In this document: positions 52,801-60,924 of the stretch, piece after piece | Position numbering within the stretch: the first letter of the stretch is position 1 | How the letters are laid out: each line of letters opens with the position of its first letter | Source of the DNA: Candidatus Omnitrophota bacterium | Lineage (GTDB): Bacteria > Omnitrophota > Gorgyraeia > Zapsychrales > JANLHA01 | Reading direction: 5' to 3' | DNA length: 64,000 bases | Assembly: GCA_040753435.1 (NCBI GenBank) | Contig: JBFMEN010000052.1 | Span: forward strand, 129-64,128 | Program-made: the position numbers and the translations under genes | The notes under the pieces: generated by a model | The model's database searches: none | The model's input: only the letters and a program-made list of their open reading frames with translations | What the model was told of the DNA's origin: nothing

Positions 52801-53036
52801 GTGTAAACTTGGGAGACAGGGAGGTTATTAGTAGTGACGTTGGAGGCATTGACTTAAATTCTAACAATTTAGAACTAAATGTTCAGGGTGATGAGGTAAA
52901 GATGAGCCCTTATCCCGGAATTTTAAATGAAATTTCCGTTAATGGATTTGTTCCCGTTATCATTGATGTCGCTCCAATTTCAAACGTTCCAATATTACTT
53001 GGTATTCAATCAGTTGAAACCACCGGCGTTAGATAA
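49887..53036 (+). CDS. Secreted modular protein, paralogue 3 (conserved N-domain + CheR-like/class I methyltransferase-like cargo + GGIDLN tail)
   Basis: Signal peptide (AQA-Q); same N-domain; DEALI at 51024; IRDEGVSTG, YIATDL, ILSNVL, GGLVLV; GGIDLN at 52842. Confidence 0.88.
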   Translation: MKNPKSTIYRVVSACLIVILAVTLSVPAQAQSALTPSVIEGLNLPAPGTMISLSSAYNPPIIKGITIYPDNPLKFDFIVSPGDDNLKGDALKKEADKLIKYFMASLTVPADEMWVNLSPYEKDRIIADGLSQTELGRDLLAQDYILKQVTASLMYPEEKLGDDFWKMVYAKAQVQFGTTEIPVNTFNKVWIVPEKANVYVHGNNIFVVDSYLKVMLEEDYLALETNLKHANHGVGIIPKDQIEETSDVSRQVIREILIPEIEKEVNQGKNFASLRQIFNSMILATWYKKNLKESLLGQVYVNQNKVEGVDLKDKQVKEKIYNQYVKALEKGVFDFIREDDDPIAQERIPRRYFSGGIQGADNVGERIMSYAEIEKVFVGDEALITVELRNPKNPSERLVDTGATMKKLWTKIKKISVSDNDRWFLRDGNLSHWEQIIDGQVEFDKEKMVITFSVGNNKGETQRISVKVKKVVSKNEIVKGAHLEAGALRFLGVADWYDTKFQGETVLLEENPYNINYISTDSIIGVSEFLFQNEPSSIAYPIIETAIKSDRKFFAQAANRSGDEVRGWISKALGYFPFQSLDWESVPKQFLAKALARNELTRYENILRLEDVLFAGQIDVNEKTNSNAKALFSLNPVRRLRAYMALKQTNDLEEAKLLKEMYPRASIAMKKLVRFLFYWVTREEAMVTGEYYGITRKGNSRLKDTKERLDQLLPTLLERFPNEVLRIRDEGVSTGTLSENLFRHVASKTKEFKYIATDLVTKLIYITNSEKGYTAVFTDEQDGHTDNFIQIKQGNRIYTPQGVNRVVRVLGEDAASFTAEVRSAFEMYKQEGGLSDKYVTEEVGLFDFEVEKLAKTDERFELSQHNIFQKVPTQEQGHLTILSNVLVPTYYSQSELVEGIKSAGLNTVEGGLVLVINESYLGTGLGPVSDGIYVHPFSVFERRGNQLVRLFFSSIGPQKGFNRAMKAEDIESVNLGDREVISSDVGGIDLNSNNLELNVQGDEVKMSPYPGILNEISVNGFVPVIIDVAPISNVPILLGIQSVETTGVR

Positions 53037-53220
53037 AAAATAGCTGATGTTTTTGGAACTCTTCAGGAACAAATATATAATTTCTATATTTCTATGTCAT
53101 CTTTCCAATGAAAACTTCCTGAGTTCAAACGGCAATTCCCAAAAATATAAAATTTGACTTAATTTGAAGGTGGATAGGCCGGCTCCCTTGGGGGTTTGAG
53201 TCCTACAAATATAAATCTCC

Positions 53221-53249
53221 TTGCCTAAATTCATGAATTTTTCTATGAT
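53221..53249 (+). promoter_or_regulatory. Sigma70-like promoter upstream of the aldolase gene
   Basis: TTGCCT-17 nt-TATGAT. Confidence 0.5.
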
Positions 53250-53401
53250 ATACGAACATTTTTTATAAATTTTTATTATGGCCATCTCGCAGCTTCCGTC
53301 TTGGCGGATTATCTTGTAGACGGAGCAGACGGCTGCTAGCAAACAAAAGGCCTTTTGGGATTGTGAGTTTTGAGTTAACGACCGGCTAAAAAGGAGCTGA
53401 A

Positions 53402-54352
53402 ATGTACAGACCACAAATACGCGTTTTTGATTGCACCATTCGGGATGGCGGACTGATGAATAATCATTTGTTTGATCATGATTTTGTGCGTGCGGTTTAT
53501 CAGGGCTTGTCCGAAGCCGGTGTGGATTACGTGGAATTGGGGTATAAAAATTCCAAGGAACTATTTTCGCCGGAGGAATACGGCGCCTGGAAATTTTGTG
53601 AGGACGAGGAAATTTTTAAAATTACCGACGGCGTTGAAAACGGAGCCAGGGTTTCGGTCATGGTCGATATCGGCCGGGTCAGGATGGAAGACGTCAAGCC
53701 GAAAAGCCAGAGTCCGGTCGATATGATTCGGGTCGCGTGCTATGTTAAAGAAGTGGACAAGGCGATCGTTATGGTTAATGAGTTTCATGACAAGGGATAT
53801 GAAACCACGATCAACATCATGGCGATTTCCCGTGATCAGGGGCCGGAACTGGAAGCGGCGCTGCATCAGATCGAAAAAGAAAGCAGGGCCGACGTGGTTT
53901 ATATCGTCGACAGCTTTGGATATTTCTATCAGGAGAACATCGAGTATCTTGTTAAATTATACAAGGGTATCATGAAAACGCGTGAGATTGGTTTTCACGG
54001 GCACAATAACCAGCAGCTTGCCTTCGGGAACACAATCGAAGCGATCATTCACGGCGCGAATTATCTGGACGCCACGGTTTACGGGATTGGCCGGGCGGCA
54101 GGGAATTGTCCTCTTGAGCTTTTGATCGGGTTTTTAAAAAATCCGAAATTTGATATTCGTCCCATTCTCGATCTTATCTCAACGCGGTTTGTTCCTCTTC
54201 GTGAGCAGATCGAGTGGGGATACATTATTCCTCACGCGATCGCCGGAATGCTCAACGAGCATCCCCGCGCGGCCCTGGCCCTGCGCAAGACTGAACGTAA
54301 AGAAAATTACAGGGACTTTTATGAAAGCCTGACGAATACGGGACTGGATTAA
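53402..54352 (+). CDS. DRE-TIM metallolyase (HMGL-like / 4-hydroxy-2-oxovalerate aldolase-like)
   Basis: DCTIRDGG, YIVDSFG, GFHGHNN, GIGRAAGNCPLE; AGGAG RBS. Confidence 0.9.
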   Translation: MYRPQIRVFDCTIRDGGLMNNHLFDHDFVRAVYQGLSEAGVDYVELGYKNSKELFSPEEYGAWKFCEDEEIFKITDGVENGARVSVMVDIGRVRMEDVKPKSQSPVDMIRVACYVKEVDKAIVMVNEFHDKGYETTINIMAISRDQGPELEAALHQIEKESRADVVYIVDSFGYFYQENIEYLVKLYKGIMKTREIGFHGHNNQQLAFGNTIEAIIHGANYLDATVYGIGRAAGNCPLELLIGFLKNPKFDIRPILDLISTRFVPLREQIEWGYIIPHAIAGMLNEHPRAALALRKTERKENYRDFYESLTNTGLD

Positions 54353-54493
54353 ATTTAGCACATGCGACGCCCGAAGAGTATCTCTCCTGGTTAGCAGCAA
54401 AGATTATTGTGATGCGGCTCCGGAGAATCTGGTGGGGCTTTGGGGTTTTAAAATATAGCAGGAAAGAAAACGCCTGATGAACAGCAAAATAAT

Positions 54494-55048
54494 ATGAAAA
54501 ATGGGTTCACATTATTAGAGCTGGTTATTGTCGTCATCATTATCGGGGTATTGGCCTCGCTGGCCTTGCCGCGGATGGTTTCAATGATTGAGGGATCGCG
54601 TTCTGCGGAGGCGATTTCAGCGCTGACGTCAATTCGCAGCGCGTTGGAGCGGTATTACCTGATGCATCCGGGTGAGGAGGTCTTTGCATCTTCAGACCAG
54701 ACGGAGACTTTTGAAATGCTGGGACTGGATGATCCCGGATCTTCACCCGGGTCGAATTTTGGTTACCTGGCAAGTATTAGTATGATAGGCGGTGAAGCGT
54801 CTTTTTTTTCTGCGGCAGTGCGTAATTATAACAATAATGGCAGTCCTTATAGTGGGGCACTTTTATTGGAAAATATTAATTTTATTTATTTGGGAGTCAA
54901 TGAGACAATGATCGCCTTGTGCGGGTTTGGAAATTTCAGATCGGTTAGCAGCAAAGATTATTGTGATGTTCCGGAGAATTTGGTGGGACTCGGGTTTGGA
55001 ACCGTCTCAACGATCACTGCGCTCGGATATCTTGCCACGAATATGTAG
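54494..55048 (+). CDS. Type IV pilin / prepilin-type N-methylation protein
   Basis: Class III signal MKNG|FTLLELVIVVIIIGVLASLALP. Confidence 0.9.
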   Translation: MKNGFTLLELVIVVIIIGVLASLALPRMVSMIEGSRSAEAISALTSIRSALERYYLMHPGEEVFASSDQTETFEMLGLDDPGSSPGSNFGYLASISMIGGEASFFSAAVRNYNNNGSPYSGALLLENINFIYLGVNETMIALCGFGNFRSVSSKDYCDVPENLVGLGFGTVSTITALGYLATNM

Positions 55049-55098
55049 GGTGGTGAAGAACCTTCCCGAAAACCGGGCTTAGTCTGAAATAAAGCGCC

Positions 55099-55728
55099 AT
55101 GAAAATTCAGGACTTTAAAAACCTTCCTATCCTCGGGATTCTTCGCGGAATTTCTACCGGAGAGATTTCTCCTGTTGTTGAAACCTGTGTTTTGTCCGGT
55201 CTGAAAACGATCGAGATTACCATGAATACCGACGGCGCTCCCACCCTGATAAAAAAAATGATTCAGGAAGCCGCGGGGAGATTGACTATCGGCGCCGGAA
55301 CGGTGTTGTCGGTCGAAGATGCTCAAAAAGCAAAAGATGCAGGCGCGGCATTTATCGTTGCTCCCAATCTTAATCCTGGCGTCGCTGATTTTTGCAAAAA
55401 ACAAAGACTTCTTTTTTTCCCCGGCGCGTTAACCCCCGGGGAGATTTTTCAGGCCTGGGAGGCCGGCGCCGCCATGGTCAAAGTTTTTCCTTCCGGTTTC
55501 TTCGGCCCGGAATATTTTAAAGAGATCAAGGGGCCGTTTAATCAAATCGAACTTCTTGCCTGCGGCGGGGTTAATGCTGATAATATCGGCGAGTTTTTCC
55601 GCTGCGGCGCATCTGCCGTTGCCTTCGGCGCGAGTGTGTTTAAAAAAGAATGGCTGCGGGAAAAATCTTTCGACAAGATCGGGAATGAGATTCAGAAATT
55701 GGTAAAGGCGTATCAGAATCGTGCGTAG
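55099..55728 (+). CDS. eda: KDPG/KHG aldolase
   Basis: IEITM, IGAGTVL, FIVAP, PGALTPGE, VKVFP, GGVN. Confidence 0.9.
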   Translation: MKIQDFKNLPILGILRGISTGEISPVVETCVLSGLKTIEITMNTDGAPTLIKKMIQEAAGRLTIGAGTVLSVEDAQKAKDAGAAFIVAPNLNPGVADFCKKQRLLFFPGALTPGEIFQAWEAGAAMVKVFPSGFFGPEYFKEIKGPFNQIELLACGGVNADNIGEFFRCGASAVAFGASVFKKEWLREKSFDKIGNEIQKLVKAYQNRA

Positions 55729-56184
55729 AGACGAGGCGATGCCTGCCTGTAGGCTGGCCTCGTCTATACAGGTGAGCAATTTTTAAAAACATAAAATATA
55801 AAAATCCCCGGATGATGATTGGTCCGGGGTTTTTTTGTGAGTTGTACGGAGACATCCCCTGCCGGCAGGCGGGCCAGCCTACCGGCAGGCGACGGGACGT
55901 CTTCAGGCAAGAGGGCAATGGCGTCGATGTAGAGATGACCCGGCGGGTCATCTCAAACGGCAATGAGTCGGTTCTTCCGACGGAGACGTCTCATCGTGAC
56001 GGGGCACGGGAGATTGCTGGAAGGGAGACGTCCCATCGGGACGTCTCTACATGGGGATAAACGAACCCTTGTCGAAAATTCATCATGAATAATCCGGCGA
56101 ATTGGGGAAGGGATGAAATGTATCGGAAAATGCAGAGACGCGGCATGGTTTGGCTTGGCTCACCATAAATTGCCTCGTCTCTAC
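55725..56184. repeat. REP-like palindrome cluster, copy 2, with nested mini-insertions
   Basis: Several G(T/C)AGAGACG...CGTCTCTAC units; ~150 bp near-identical to 41715-41854. Confidence 0.8.
55801..55836 (+). terminator. Intrinsic terminator (possibly bidirectional)
   Basis: AAAATCCCCGGA-loop-TCCGGGG-TTTTTTT between convergent eda and mutL. Confidence 0.75.
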
Positions 56185-57995
56185 GTACGAAGAAACTGTT
56201 TATCCAGAAAATCAGATGTGATTTCAACGACCACCGGCCGGCCGTGCGGACACGTAAATGGATCGCGGCATTGTAAAAGTTGTTCGCGCTGGAATTCAGC
56301 CTGTTGACGGTTTAAAGGATCGCCGGCCATGACAGAAGCGCGGCAGGCGCGCCGGGCGATCGATTCATGATCAACCCGTGAAATTTGGCCGCCGGCGAGA
56401 AGTTCGCGCACGGCATCAATGGGATTTTTAATCAGGGCAGGATGGCTTTGGATAGCGATAGTTTCATCGTCGAACTGGTTTGTATCAAATCCCAGGGCCG
56501 ACAGCTCCTGCTGATTATCGCGCCATGACAAAAGATCTTGCGGAGATGCTTTAAGCAAATATGGCGCCAGCAGATTTTGAACTTCAAGCCGGCTTTCCTT
56601 AAGTTGGACGATGAATTGTTCAAACATAATCCTTTCCTGTGCGGCATGCTGATCGACAACCAGGAGATTTTTTCCGGTTTCAAAGAAAATATATTTGTTC
56701 ATAAAGCTGCCGACATAGACAGAGCTGCCCAATTTATCTTTTAATGTCTGCCGTTTCTGTTGAAACAAAAGTCCGGTAAAATCTTCGGCTGTCTGGTCCT
56801 GCGGATAGGAATATTGTTCGGTCAAGGGCTGTTGCTGCTGTGAAGTGAAAAATTCATCGGCGGTCTTTTCGAAAACAGCCTCCTGTTTTCCGCGTTCCTT
56901 AATGGCCTCATCGATCATCCGGCGTATTCCCGGACGGGGCGAGTCTTTGGAATTCTCCAGCGGCTCCCAGATCTGCTTAGGTTTTCCGGCGCTCATTAAC
57001 GCCCCTTCGCATATGCGGCGCAACAACTTCCCGAGCTCCTGCTCGTCTCTGATTTTAACCTCGCGTTTGGTAGGATGGATATTGACATCAATATCTTTGG
57101 GAGGCATATCGATCATGAGGCAGAAGAACGGATGATGCCTCGGCGGAAGGATCAGGCGGTAAACATCATTCAGGTGAAATGAAATGTTTTTGTTTTCAAC
57201 GGGTCGTCCATTGATGAAAATAAACTGAAGGTCGCGTTTGGCGCGGATGATGTTGATGTCCCCCAGGATCATGCGGACACCAGTTCCCTGTTCTGAAAAT
57301 TCACGGGATGTTTCAAGTAAAAATTTTTCTTCAAGATTTAACACGTCCGCGATCCTGGCCTTGAGATCCGCCAAAGGTTCCAGATTCAGAATGTTTTTCC
57401 TGTCACTCATTAACTGAAAGCGGCATTCGGGATTGAGAAGGGTGTAGGGAATGACGGTATTCAGGATTTGCTTAATTTCGCCCGAGTCGGATTTTAAGAA
57501 TTTTTTTCTGGCAGGCGTATTGAAAAAAAGCTCTTTGACCTCGATTTCAGTTCCGTCGTGCAAAGAACAGGGCGAGAGGTTTAGCTGCTCTCCTCCCCGC
57601 ATGTGAATTTCCCAACCCGAGCCGGTTTTTGGGCCGCGTTCCTGTTCATTTGATCTGCTGCGAAGAATGATGTCGGAGACGGCACAAATGCTGTAAAGGG
57701 CTTCTCCCCGGAAACCCAGCGAATGGATATCGAATAAATCTTCCGCGGACCGGATCTTGCTGGTGGAATGACGGAGGAAAATCTTTGTCATATCCTCTTC
57801 TGCTATTCCGGCGCCGTTGTCCTTGACCCTGATTAACTTTTTCCCGCTGTCTTCAAGTTCTATCGAGATTGAATTCGCGCCCGCATCGATTGAATTCTCG
57901 ATCAATTCCTTTATAACGGAAGCGGGACGGTCAATGACCTCGCCGGCGGCGATCTTGCTGATAATGTCAGGCGTGAGAATATTAATTTTTGGCAT
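56181..57995 (-). CDS. mutL: DNA mismatch repair endonuclease MutL
   Basis: KIAAGEVIDRPASVIKELIENSIDAG, SLGFRGEAL, DQHAAQER, CPHGRP; start reassigned to MPKINIL at 57995. Confidence 0.97.
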   Translation of the reverse strand: MPKINILTPDIISKIAAGEVIDRPASVIKELIENSIDAGANSISIELEDSGKKLIRVKDNGAGIAEEDMTKIFLRHSTSKIRSAEDLFDIHSLGFRGEALYSICAVSDIILRSRSNEQERGPKTGSGWEIHMRGGEQLNLSPCSLHDGTEIEVKELFFNTPARKKFLKSDSGEIKQILNTVIPYTLLNPECRFQLMSDRKNILNLEPLADLKARIADVLNLEEKFLLETSREFSEQGTGVRMILGDINIIRAKRDLQFIFINGRPVENKNISFHLNDVYRLILPPRHHPFFCLMIDMPPKDIDVNIHPTKREVKIRDEQELGKLLRRICEGALMSAGKPKQIWEPLENSKDSPRPGIRRMIDEAIKERGKQEAVFEKTADEFFTSQQQQPLTEQYSYPQDQTAEDFTGLLFQQKRQTLKDKLGSSVYVGSFMNKYIFFETGKNLLVVDQHAAQERIMFEQFIVQLKESRLEVQNLLAPYLLKASPQDLLSWRDNQQELSALGFDTNQFDDETIAIQSHPALIKNPIDAVRELLAGGQISRVDHESIARRACRASVMAGDPLNRQQAEFQREQLLQCRDPFTCPHGRPVVVEITSDFLDKQFLRT

Positions 57996-58110
57996 GGTTT
58001 TAATTTTTAAAGGAAAAAGGAAATGCGAAAAGTGAAAAAATTTAAGGTTTGAAATCGCCTTGTCATTCGAAAGATGCATTTAAAGTGAAACGATTTTTAA
58101 ACAAGACAAG

Positions 58111-60708
58111 TTATTTGCGATTGGTTTTTTCGCTTTTCGTTCTTTCCCTTTCGCTTTTCGTTTTTAATAGGTTTAAAAAAGTCAGCGCCTCCAGAGGCGT
58201 CATGGTGTTTAAGTCGGCTGCTTCGATTTGTTTTTTTAACTCTTCAGCCACCGGGTCTCCTGGATGTAAAAATAAATCAAACTGGGGGTTTTGGGCTTCC
58301 TGATCCGTTGCCCCGACGGCCCCCCGGACGTCCTGGCTCCACTCGAGCTTTGTTAAAATCTTTTTTGCCCTTAAAATGATCGGTTGAGGGATGCCGGCGA
58401 GTTTGGCGACATAAATCCCGTAACTGTCGTCAGTCCCTCCCGGAACGATTTTATGCAAAAAAACAATTTGATCTTCCCATTCTTTCACGGCCACGTTATA
58501 GTTTTTTACCCCCGGGAGATCTTCGGCAAGAGCTGTTAATTCATGAAAATGAGTGGCAAATAAAGTCCGCGCTTTCGTCTGGTGCAGATATTCGGCAAGG
58601 GCCCAGGCCAGGCTAAGCCCGTCACAGGTAGACGTCCCCCGTCCGATTTCATCAAGGATTACAAGACTGCGGTCAGTGAGATTGTTGATAATGTCCGCCA
58701 TCTCGTTCATTTCCACCATAAATGTGCTTTGGCCTTTGGCGATGTCATCATGCGCCCCGATCCTGGTAAAGATTTTGTCGACGCAGCCGATTGTGGCAGA
58801 GGTCGCAGGAATGTAACTCCCCATTTGGGCCAGGATAACAAGAATCGCGGTCTGGCGGATATACGTGGATTTACCGGCCATATTCGGGCCTGTCAGAATG
58901 ACAAGATGATTCTCTGCGCGATCGAGCAGCGTATCATTCGGGACAAACGGAGTGTCGAGTCTTTTTTCGACGACAGGATGACGGCCGTCTTTGATATCGA
59001 TAACGGTCGTATCATTGATATCCGGAGCTGTGTAGCCGGCAAGGCCTGATAAAACGCTCAATGAGTACAAGGCGTCGACTTGTCCCGCCTGCCTGGCGAA
59101 TTCATGAAGAGCGTCGCTTTGTTCAAGGATCCGGGCGCGAAGCCGGAGTATGATTTCATCCTCGATCTTCAAAATCCGGTCCTGGGCGTTGAGGATTTTG
59201 TCTTCATATTCTTTAAGTTCCTGGATGATAAAACGCTCTCCGTTAACCAGGGTTTGTTTGCGAATATAGTTCTGGGGAACGGCGGCAAGATTGGCTTTGG
59301 TAATTTCAATATAATATCCGAAGATCTTGTTAAATCCGACCTTCAGGGAATTAATGCCTGTCCGTTGAATTTCTTTCTGCTGGAAATTTCTCAGCCATTC
59401 CCGTCCGTGTTCCTGAATCTCGCGCAGCTCGTCCAGCTCGGCATTATATCCTTTATGAATGACCTTGCCTTCGTGCTTTGTGAGCGGCATATCCGGATTA
59501 ACGGCTTTTTCCAGGAGGGAACGAAGATCCTCAATGTCATTGATCCGGAAAAGATTGTTATCTGTTTCAACATTTTTCAGGATTTCCCGTAACTCGGGAA
59601 TGAGATTCAGGGCGTTACGCACCGATAAAATGTCTTTGGGATTGATATAGCCGCATGATAAACGTGAAATACTCTTTTCGAGATCAGGCATTCGGCTTAA
59701 AGTTTCCCGAAGCCTTTTACAGGCATGCGAATTATTTTTTAATACGGTCACGGCATCCTGTCGATTGAGGATCGCGGCCGGCTCCCTGAGCGGATGAAGA
59801 AGCCAGAATTTCAATGTTCGTTTACCGACAGGAGAAAGGGTGTTATTGATCGTTTCGAAAAGGGATTCGATTTCAAGACCGTAAACGGCTGCCGGCGAGA
59901 TATAAGCGTAATCTGAATCGGAATAAAGGGATATCCGGTCGACATGACGCAGCGGCTGCCGGTTCATTTGTTTCAGATATTCGAGAAGGGCGCCGCAGCT
60001 TGATACCGCCGTTCGCATATCCTGGATCCCGAATCCGTGCAGATTAGCAAGGCGGAAATGTTCCCTCAGATTTTTGTCCGCAATCTCCGCGTTAAAGCAC
60101 CAGTCCTCATGGGCGGTTAACATAAGATGTTTTGTTTTGAAGCGGGGATGATTGACAAAAAGCTTTTTGATCTTTTCATCAAAGGAAATTGGATAAATAC
60201 ACTCATAAACAGGAAGCCGGGAAAGGATTTCCAGGCATTGACGGATATCGCGATATTGATTGGTGTAAATGGTCCCTGTTGCCGGATCGATAAAGGCAAT
60301 GCCTGTTTCCTTTTCTCCCGGACTGAGACATAAAAGATATCGGGTATCGGAGGACTGCTCATCCAGATATGTCCCGCTGGAAATAACCCGGATAACGTCA
60401 CGCCTGACAATATCTTTTGCTAACGCAGGATCCTCAACCTGTTCACAAATAGCGACTTTTAATCCTGATTTGATCAACCTGGCAATGTAATTATCGGCGG
60501 CATGGTAAGGGATACCGCACATGGGAACATTGGATGGGCCCTTTCCGCGGGAAGTCAGGACAAGATCGAGCAGACGGCTGGCGGTTTTAGCGTCCTCATA
60601 AAACATTTCATAGAAATCACCAAGGCGGAAAAACAAAATGCAATCATTGTGCCTTGCTTTGATCTGCCGGTACTGCTTCAGCATCGGGGTTTCTGTTTCA
60701 ACAGGCAT
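58111..60708 (-). CDS. mutS: DNA mismatch repair protein MutS
   Basis: TPMLKQY, FFRLGDFYEMF, TGPNMAGKSTY, STFMVEM, DEIGRGTST, SYGIYVAKLAG. Confidence 0.98.
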   Translation of the reverse strand: MPVETETPMLKQYRQIKARHNDCILFFRLGDFYEMFYEDAKTASRLLDLVLTSRGKGPSNVPMCGIPYHAADNYIARLIKSGLKVAICEQVEDPALAKDIVRRDVIRVISSGTYLDEQSSDTRYLLCLSPGEKETGIAFIDPATGTIYTNQYRDIRQCLEILSRLPVYECIYPISFDEKIKKLFVNHPRFKTKHLMLTAHEDWCFNAEIADKNLREHFRLANLHGFGIQDMRTAVSSCGALLEYLKQMNRQPLRHVDRISLYSDSDYAYISPAAVYGLEIESLFETINNTLSPVGKRTLKFWLLHPLREPAAILNRQDAVTVLKNNSHACKRLRETLSRMPDLEKSISRLSCGYINPKDILSVRNALNLIPELREILKNVETDNNLFRINDIEDLRSLLEKAVNPDMPLTKHEGKVIHKGYNAELDELREIQEHGREWLRNFQQKEIQRTGINSLKVGFNKIFGYYIEITKANLAAVPQNYIRKQTLVNGERFIIQELKEYEDKILNAQDRILKIEDEIILRLRARILEQSDALHEFARQAGQVDALYSLSVLSGLAGYTAPDINDTTVIDIKDGRHPVVEKRLDTPFVPNDTLLDRAENHLVILTGPNMAGKSTYIRQTAILVILAQMGSYIPATSATIGCVDKIFTRIGAHDDIAKGQSTFMVEMNEMADIINNLTDRSLVILDEIGRGTSTCDGLSLAWALAEYLHQTKARTLFATHFHELTALAEDLPGVKNYNVAVKEWEDQIVFLHKIVPGGTDDSYGIYVAKLAGIPQPIILRAKKILTKLEWSQDVRGAVGATDQEAQNPQFDLFLHPGDPVAEELKKQIEAADLNTMTPLEALTFLNLLKTKSERERTKSEKTNRK

Positions 60709-60852
60709 AAGGCAATTATGAAATCACAAAATGGGAGGCAAATATTTGATTTTGCCGGCATTCCGGATTCATTTTAAGAATAAGGGGTTGAAATTTGCGC
60801 CTATCATACCATAAAAAGAGAAAAAGAGGAAACAACAAAGATAGCGTACAGG

Positions 60853-60881
60853 TTGAATTAAAAACAGCCCGATGATATAAT
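60853..60881 (+). promoter_or_regulatory. Sigma70-like promoter
   Basis: TTGAAT-17 nt-TATAAT upstream of ATG 60925. Confidence 0.6.
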
Positions 60882-60924
60882 CCATTTAAATTTAATAAGT
60901 TATAATTTTAAAAAAAGGAAGGTC

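Noticed and set aside
53097-53414. 105-aa minus-strand ORF
   Set aside because: It overlaps the predicted promoter and leader of the aldolase gene and has no motifs.
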